A DNA stretch of 64,000 nucleotides, taken from assembly GCA_963829555.1 (NCBI GenBank), contig CAWHJB010000003.1, positions 53,957 through 117,956 of the forward strand, written 5' to 3'. Numbering within the stretch: position 1 is the first letter of the stretch; every line of letters begins with the position of its first letter. This DNA is from an uncultured Chloroflexia bacterium. GTDB lineage: Bacteria; Chloroflexota; Anaerolineae; Anaerolineales; UBA4823. The notes below the pieces were generated by a model. It ran no database searches. It saw only the letters and a program-made list of their open reading frames with translations, and was not told the origin of the DNA. Made by a program: the position numbers and the translations under genes. Positions 58,432 through 64,000 of this stretch are shown piece after piece.

Positions 58432-60662
58432 ATGCCAAACTCAATGCGCCAGCCACGCCTGATGTTGACAATTTCGATATTAGCCATTGCTTTCTTTTTT
58501 GGCTTTCTCATCCGCCGCGAATTGCTGCCAACCGATGGTACCCGCATCTCACCAGGTGGGATATCTCTCCGGGGTATTCAAATAACTGTCATTGATCCTC
58601 CCCATGACATTTTGCAAACAGGCGATCTCATCAAAAGGGTTGCTGGAATAACGATCGAGCAATGGGTGAACAGCTTAATGGGGAATCTCCCCGGCCATTA
58701 GATTGGTCAAGGGGAGATCTGGTCAATTACACTGTCCTGCGCGATGGGGTTGTGCAGGATATTAGTGTATCTCTAGGCAGATATCCTTTACGATCTGCAT
58801 TCATTGCAAACTGGGGAACGATAATCTATGGATTGGCGTTTTTGCTTGTCGGAAGTTATGTCTATCTCCGCAGTCCGGAAAACCGGGCTGGCCAGGTCTT
58901 ATTCTTCGCATCCACCTGTGTCATAGCCCAAACGGCCTGGTCTTTTGGACTTTCGGTGCGAGATTTGCTGGATGGAACCGGTTTCTGGTTGTATTGGATT
59001 TGTACCTTTTTGTTTTATAACCTCAACTGGATAGCCTTGTTTCATTTCTCGCTGGTATTCCCTCAGCCGGTCCCAATCTTACGCCGCCGCTGGTTCCTTC
59101 CCCTGGTTTATCTGCTGCCAATGCTGGTATTGATAGGGGAAAAAGCGAATTTATTTACCCAGGCAGGTAGTGTACTGGCATGGCTATCCAGCCCATCACT
59201 ATTGGAAGGGTTGCATCCCCCGGTATTTTTGCTTATGTCTCTGGGTGCTGTGATCTGGCAGGCGCGTAACAGCTCCAATTTGCAGGAGCGGCAGCAAATC
59301 CGGTGGTTGTTGCTGGCTTCGCTACTTATGGGTATTACCGTCCTGCTGTTATATCTGGTGCCAAACCTGTTGGGCCTCAAACAATTAGATCCAAACCTGC
59401 TGGGTTTAGTCATCATTCCTTTCCCGGTTTCGCTGGCTATTGCCATTCTTCGGCACAATATCTTTGATATCGATACAATCCTAAATCGGGCTTTAGTCTA
59501 TGGGACGCTAACTCTGGGTACGATTTTGCTGTATATCTTGATAGTTGGTTTGGTTGCAGATTTGTTAAACCTGGAAGACCGCACCCTGATTGCATTTTTC
59601 TCCACCGGACTGGTCGCCGTTTTGTTCCAGCCTATCCGGGAACGATTGCAGCTGGTTGTCAATCGTTTGATGTATGGAGACCGGGATGATCCTTATACGG
59701 TCATCAGCCGTTTAGGGAGCAAGCTGGAAACCATCTATGGAACGGAAGATGTTACCAATACGATTGTGGAAACAATTGCCACTGCCCTCAAATTGCCGTA
59801 TGTTGCCATTCAAATACAGCAGATAGCCCCCCTTCAGTATGGCTCGTTACCTGAGAATGTTGAGGTCACCCAATATCCATTGACTTTTCATAACCAGGTC
59901 TATGGAGAATTGCAGGTTGCTCCGCGTGCAGCAGATGAGCCGTTTACACCAGCGGAGCAGCAATTACTCACTGATCTGGCCCGTCAAATTGAAACCGCAG
60001 TACGCAATGTCCAGTTGATGGATGAACTGCGTCGTTCTCGTCAGAAGTTGGTTACCACACGTGAAGAGGAGCGCCGCCGGATACGGCGTGACCTTCATGA
60101 TGGTCTTGGGCCGACATTGGCAGGCCAGGTTCTCATCCTTGAAACGATTGAGGACCTGCTTGACCCAGATGAAGCCGATGTGCTGGAGCTGGTGGAAAGC
60201 CTAAAAGGGCAAGCGCGTGAAGCGCTTGAGGATGTCCGCCGACTGGTTTACGACCTGCGTCCCCCAGAATTGGATAATCTGGGGATCGTTGAAGCACTGC
60301 GACAAAATACAAGCGTTACGAGTTAGGGTAAAGTCGAATTCATTTTCAAGGCACCCAAGCCATTTCCTGGCTTATCCGCTGCAGTGGAGCTGGCTGCTTA
60401 TCGCATCGCTCAGGAAGCAATTGCAAATGTTATCAAACACGCCAATGCAACAATTGCCATCATTGAATTGAGAATTCAAAGTGAAGCGTTATCTATATCT
60501 GTGTGTGATAACGGAACTGGCTTTCCAACTGAGGTTAAATTTGGAATAGGATTGAATTCTATGAAAGAAAGGGCTGAAGAGCTTGGCGGGAATTGTAAGA
60601 TCACATTTCCAAACCAGGGTGGATTATGTGTTTCGGCCTCACTACCCATCCATATAAATTGA
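58432..60662 (+). pseudogene. NarX/DesK-type (HisKA_3) sensor histidine kinase with polytopic sensor domain; one frameshift and one in-frame TAG
   Basis: H-box RRRIRRDLHDGLGPTL. HATPase AAYRIAQEAIANVIKHA...DNGTGF...GIGLNSMKERAEELGG. Frame shift at about 58660-58690. TAG at 60324-60326 is in the same frame as both flanking ORFs. Confidence 0.8.
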
Positions 60663-60687
60663 CAAATTCCTGAATATTAAAAAAACA

Positions 60688-60712
60688 CCCGAGATTATTC
60701 TCGGGCGTTTCT
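60688..60712 (+). terminator. Possible terminator of the kinase gene
   Basis: cccgaga ttat tctcggg followed by cgtttctt. Confidence 0.5.
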
Positions 60713-60800
60713 TATACCCCCACCGCAGACTCGATGCCCGTAACGACAACCAAAATCTCTCTTGAATTTTTAAATCGCTCGCTCATCGCTGGGGCGAGTG

Positions 60801-60829
60801 TAAAAAATGACCAGAAATGCTCTGGTCAT
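60801..60829 (-). terminator. Rho-independent terminator after tRNA-Arg
   Basis: On the minus strand: atgaccaga gcatt tctggtcat followed by TTTTTTA. Confidence 0.75.
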
Positions 60830-60837
60830 TGAATGAA

Positions 60838-60909
60838 TACCCCCACCGCGACTCGAACGCGGGCTTCTGCCTCCGGAGGGCAGCGCTCTATCCACTGAGC
60901 TATGGGGGC
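60838..60909 (-). tRNA. tRNA-Arg (anticodon CCG)
   Basis: Hand fold: acceptor GCCCCCA/TGGGGGT, D arm GCTC/GAGC, anticodon arm CTGCC CTCCGGA GGCAG, T arm CCGCG TTCGAGT CGCGG, discriminator A. Confidence 0.9.
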
Positions 60910-60966
60910 TTAACTGCGCATGGATTTTACCACGACTGGGACAGCTTGAAAAGCGGTAGAGCGAGA

Positions 60967-61962
60967 TCAACCCATCACGAGGCAAACGGGCTTAGACGGG
61001 TTAAATTCGCTGCGCAGCCTATCGATTGTCGCCGTGTTCCCGCCTTCCTCTCCCAGGGAAGATCGTTGGCGCTTTTTATGCGCCAGTTCGGCGCACATCT
61101 GGTAAAAACGGTTGGTTTGGCTGTAATGCCCGGAGGTCAGGGCATTGAAGCGGGCAGAGTTCATCGCCCAGGCAGAACAGGCTGTCCGGTATTGGCGTTC
61201 GGTTAAAACGCCCAGCGAAACCTCTTCCAATAAGTTGGCTGCGATGGCGCGCTGTTCCTGGAATATCACCCAGATAATAAATAAAAACATCAAAATCCAG
61301 CCGCCCCAATCCAATATGGTTCCAAAAACCATGCCACTGAGACCTTGAAGCAGGTCGGCGAGCGTATTGTGGAATGAATGAGCCATCACAGCTGCGCCCC
61401 AGCCGGTCACAGGCGCCAACAGGCGCACAATTGGCTGTGGGCTCAACCGTGAGGTCGCCAGACCCAGGCCGATGAAAGCAGTGTAAAAAGGATGCTGCCA
61501 GCCGACCAGGATCACCCGGACGAACACCAGCCAGAGCAGGCCATTCATCCCATTTTCCAGATATCCGTACTGGTAGATGTAGTAAGCGTTTTCGGTGGCT
61601 GCAAAACCAAGGGCGACGATCGCGGCATAAATCACCCCATCCAGCAACGAGTCAAATTCACGCCGGAAGATCAAGAAAACGATCAATATGGCGAAACCCT
61701 TCAGGCTCTCCTCGACAATTGGCGCAATCAAAGACCCGGTCGTGAGCTCCGTCGCGCCCTCCGAACCGGTAAACAGGTAGACTCCCATCCCCAGCAAGGT
61801 ATTGATCAGAAAGGCGCCTCCGGCGGCAACCACGGCGCCCCAAAAGAACACCAGGCCAAGCAATAATTTGGGTTCCTTTTCATAACGATCCAGCCAATAG
61901 ACGAACCATGCGAAAAAGAACATGGGCACGAAACCAAAGAATATAGACAGGATCAAACCCAT
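60967..61962 (-). CDS. PrsW-family intramembrane metalloprotease
   Basis: YWLDRYEKEP, PIVEESLKG, ATENAYY and HSFHN motifs in a polytopic membrane protein. Confidence 0.8.
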   Translation of the reverse strand: MGLILSIFFGFVPMFFFAWFVYWLDRYEKEPKLLLGLVFFWGAVVAAGGAFLINTLLGMGVYLFTGSEGATELTTGSLIAPIVEESLKGFAILIVFLIFRREFDSLLDGVIYAAIVALGFAATENAYYIYQYGYLENGMNGLLWLVFVRVILVGWQHPFYTAFIGLGLATSRLSPQPIVRLLAPVTGWGAAVMAHSFHNTLADLLQGLSGMVFGTILDWGGWILMFLFIIWVIFQEQRAIAANLLEEVSLGVLTERQYRTACSAWAMNSARFNALTSGHYSQTNRFYQMCAELAHKKRQRSSLGEEGGNTATIDRLRSEFNPSKPVCLVMG

Positions 61963-62100
61963 ATTTTCCTCCCCTTGGCCTAACTCTTTAAAAAATGAAC
62001 CTGGATGGTGCTAAGGGCGGGAGAAGAGGCAGAAATTCCTCGTCCCGGGTGTGCAGCAACTAGTGAAGAACTACTGGGTGGTAGAGTGGACGAAAAATTG

Positions 62101-62775
62101 TTAAGTTCGTTCCGAAAAATTTAAATCGGTTCGATGCACCCGGCAGTGGGTCGGAATCATGCCCAGGGCTGCGATCACTTCTTCCGGACGACCGGTTGCC
62201 CCTTCTTGCGCGGACAGGCGAACATGCAGACGGGTATGTGATTGCTCATCATCATCCATCCGTTCGGCTGCGAAAATTAACGGCCGCAGGTCATAAGACT
62301 TGCCGCGCCGCTCGCGCTCCAGGCTTTCCGCCTTTAGAAGATTTGACAGCCTTTCTTCCAGCTCGGGAAAAGGATCCAGAAATGTGATGATATAGTCCGT
62401 ACTGAGCAGAATGGTTTGAAGCGTTGGGGCGCTCAAATCGACTTTGCGGACCTCCCGAAGCCTGACGCCGGGTGGAGCAGCCCGGTTGAGAGCGGAAGTA
62501 ACCTGTTCTAGGGAACGATCCTGCTCCAACCAGATATCGATCACTTCGCAATCGCTTGTGAATCCCAGCGGGAGCGCCGAAGCCAGGTTGATGCGGGGGT
62601 GAGGATTATATCCCTGGCTATAAGCCAGGGGAAGGTTGGCCCTGCGAATCGTCCGTTCCCAGGTGCGGTGCAAATCCAGGTGGCTGGTGTAGCGCATCGC
62701 CTCGGTTTTCGAAAATACAATTCGCAGGCGAATCGGGTTTGCATGAACGTGATCCATGGCTGTCTTCTCGCTCAA
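62101..62775 (-). CDS. TIGR03936/DUF2344 radical-SAM-associated protein
   Basis: FSKTEAMRYTSHLDLHRTWERTIRRANLPLAYSQGYNPHPRI. ATGA-type overlap with the upstream radical SAM gene. Confidence 0.85.
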   Translation of the reverse strand: MSEKTAMDHVHANPIRLRIVFSKTEAMRYTSHLDLHRTWERTIRRANLPLAYSQGYNPHPRINLASALPLGFTSDCEVIDIWLEQDRSLEQVTSALNRAAPPGVRLREVRKVDLSAPTLQTILLSTDYIITFLDPFPELEERLSNLLKAESLERERRGKSYDLRPLIFAAERMDDDEQSHTRLHVRLSAQEGATGRPEEVIAALGMIPTHCRVHRTDLNFSERT

Positions 62776-64000
62776 TCGGCTCCCCCAACTTTTTCAAGCG
62801 GAATCAAATGGTCGCTAATCCGGATGCGCTTGGATTTGACTTCCGGGCATTGCCAGACTTCGCCGGGGTTGACGCGGCGAAGGTCTGCAAAAGTGGGCAG
62901 GATGCCGCAGGCAAAACAACGTTCCCGGCAATCAACCCGGGTTTTTCCCTGCAAACTCCACAGGTAATCCTCCGTCAGGAATTTCTTGCGGACGCTGGTG
63001 GAAATATGTTCCCACGGGAAGGTTTCATCGATCGGCCGTTCACGATGCGTATAGAAGTCGGGATTCAGTCCAGTAGTTGCAAAAGCCTGCATCCAGATAT
63101 CGTAGCGGAAATGCTCTTTCCAGGCATCGAATTTTGCCCCATTTTTCCAGGCCTGATAGATCACTTCGGCCATGCGCCGGTCGCCGCGCGATAACCAGGC
63201 TTCCAGCATCGTGTCTTCCGGTGAGTTCCAGTTTAATTTAAGGCCTTTGCCGCGCAATTCGCGCTTGAGCAGGTCCTGTTTGGCCTGGATTTGTTCGATG
63301 GAATCGCATGGCACCCATTGGAAAGGGGTGTGCGGCTTTGGAACAAAGCTGCTTACGCCGGCGGTTACCTGGGCGCGCTTGCCGATCAATTTACGACCTT
63401 CTGCCAGCACTGCTTTGGAAAGATCGGCGATGGCTTGAACGTCTTCCAGCGTCTCGGAGGGGTGGCCGATCATGAAGTAGAGCTTGATGTTGGTCCAACC
63501 CCGGGAGTAAATCGCCCGGGCGGTCTCCAGCAGCTGCTCGGTGCTGACCGGCTTATTGATGATCTCGCGCATTCGCTCGGTGGCTGCTTCCGGAGCCAGG
63601 GTGAAGCCACTACGGCGCGAATCCTTAAGAGCGTCCATTAACTCAACCGAAAAGCTCTCAATCCGCAAAGACGGCAATGAGATCGACAAATGTCGATCGC
63701 TAAACCGTTCGCTGACGGCCTTGACCAATTCAAGGATATGGGTATAGTCTGAGGAGGATAGAGACAGCAAACCCACCTCTTCAAAACCGGTATATTCCAG
63801 GGCCTGGTCAAGTGCGGCAACGATTTCATCAACGCTGCGTTCTCGAACCGGTCGATTGATCATCCCGGCATGGCAGAAGCGGCAACCACGGGTGCAGCCG
63901 CGCATGATCTCAATCGGTACTCGGTTGTGGACAGTGTCAATATATGGGACGATGAAACGGGTGAGAGGCGGCGGTAGTCTCGGTGCTATCCTTTTCATCA
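62772..64000 (-). CDS. TIGR03960-type radical SAM protein, C-terminal part (the 5' end is probably beyond the window)
   Basis: IMRGCTRGCRFCHAG is a CxxxCxxC cluster motif. The ORF is open to the window edge. Confidence 0.85.
   Translation of the reverse strand, partial: MKRIAPRLPPPLTRFIVPYIDTVHNRVPIEIMRGCTRGCRFCHAGMINRPVRERSVDEIVAALDQALEYTGFEEVGLLSLSSSDYTHILELVKAVSERFSDRHLSISLPSLRIESFSVELMDALKDSRRSGFTLAPEAATERMREIINKPVSTEQLLETARAIYSRGWTNIKLYFMIGHPSETLEDVQAIADLSKAVLAEGRKLIGKRAQVTAGVSSFVPKPHTPFQWVPCDSIEQIQAKQDLLKRELRGKGLKLNWNSPEDTMLEAWLSRGDRRMAEVIYQAWKNGAKFDAWKEHFRYDIWMQAFATTGLNPDFYTHRERPIDETFPWEHISTSVRKKFLTEDYLWSLQGKTRVDCRERCFACGILPTFADLRRVNPGEVWQCPEVKSKRIRISDHLIPLEKVGGAD

Noticed and set aside
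60324-60326. TAG decoded as pyrrolysine or read through.
   Set aside because: No pyl genes or suppressor tRNA are present in the window, and this is an isolated occurrence in a locus full of other lesions.

Overview
64-kb bacterial chromosomal window with about 45 protein genes, mostly on the minus strand. The taxon is unverified; gene content looks Chloroflexota/Anaerolineae-like. There are two tRNAs (His-GTG, Arg-CCG) and no rRNA, CRISPR array, transposase or integrase. Layout, left to right: a MacB-type ABC exporter split by a GNAT-like gene. Then a tight minus-strand operon of TIGR01777 SDR, SRPBCC, CrtI-family desaturase, L-LDH, aldo/keto reductase and photolyase, divergent from a CarH/LitR-type B12-binding MerR regulator. 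Next come hisS with tRNA-His just downstream, and mgsA, M24/M14 peptidases, a GH31 glucosidase and pfk. An orphan wHTH-AAA+ ATPase, rph and an FHA-GAF-cyclase follow. A ~17-kb, 12-gene MoxR/DUF58/VWA (Bat-like) cluster carries two complete ABC exporters. After DUF309, agmatinase and a CDF transporter comes a LuxR-type regulator / histidine-kinase pair bracketing four secreted LysM/Ig-like/CBM-like proteins. The window ends with PrsW and a radical-SAM pair. Three things stand out. (1) A putative B12/light regulon has back-to-back near-consensus promoters, and an 11-nt motif is shared between the promoter spacer and a 49-nt palindrome in the operon leader. (2) At least 11 long (19-28 bp stem), essentially perfect intergenic palindromes fall into sequence families whose two arms co-vary. 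(3) About 11 single-base frame disruptions plus one in-frame TAG interrupt otherwise conserved genes, concentrated at 52-60.7 kb. All homology calls come from motif recognition by eye; no database search was run.
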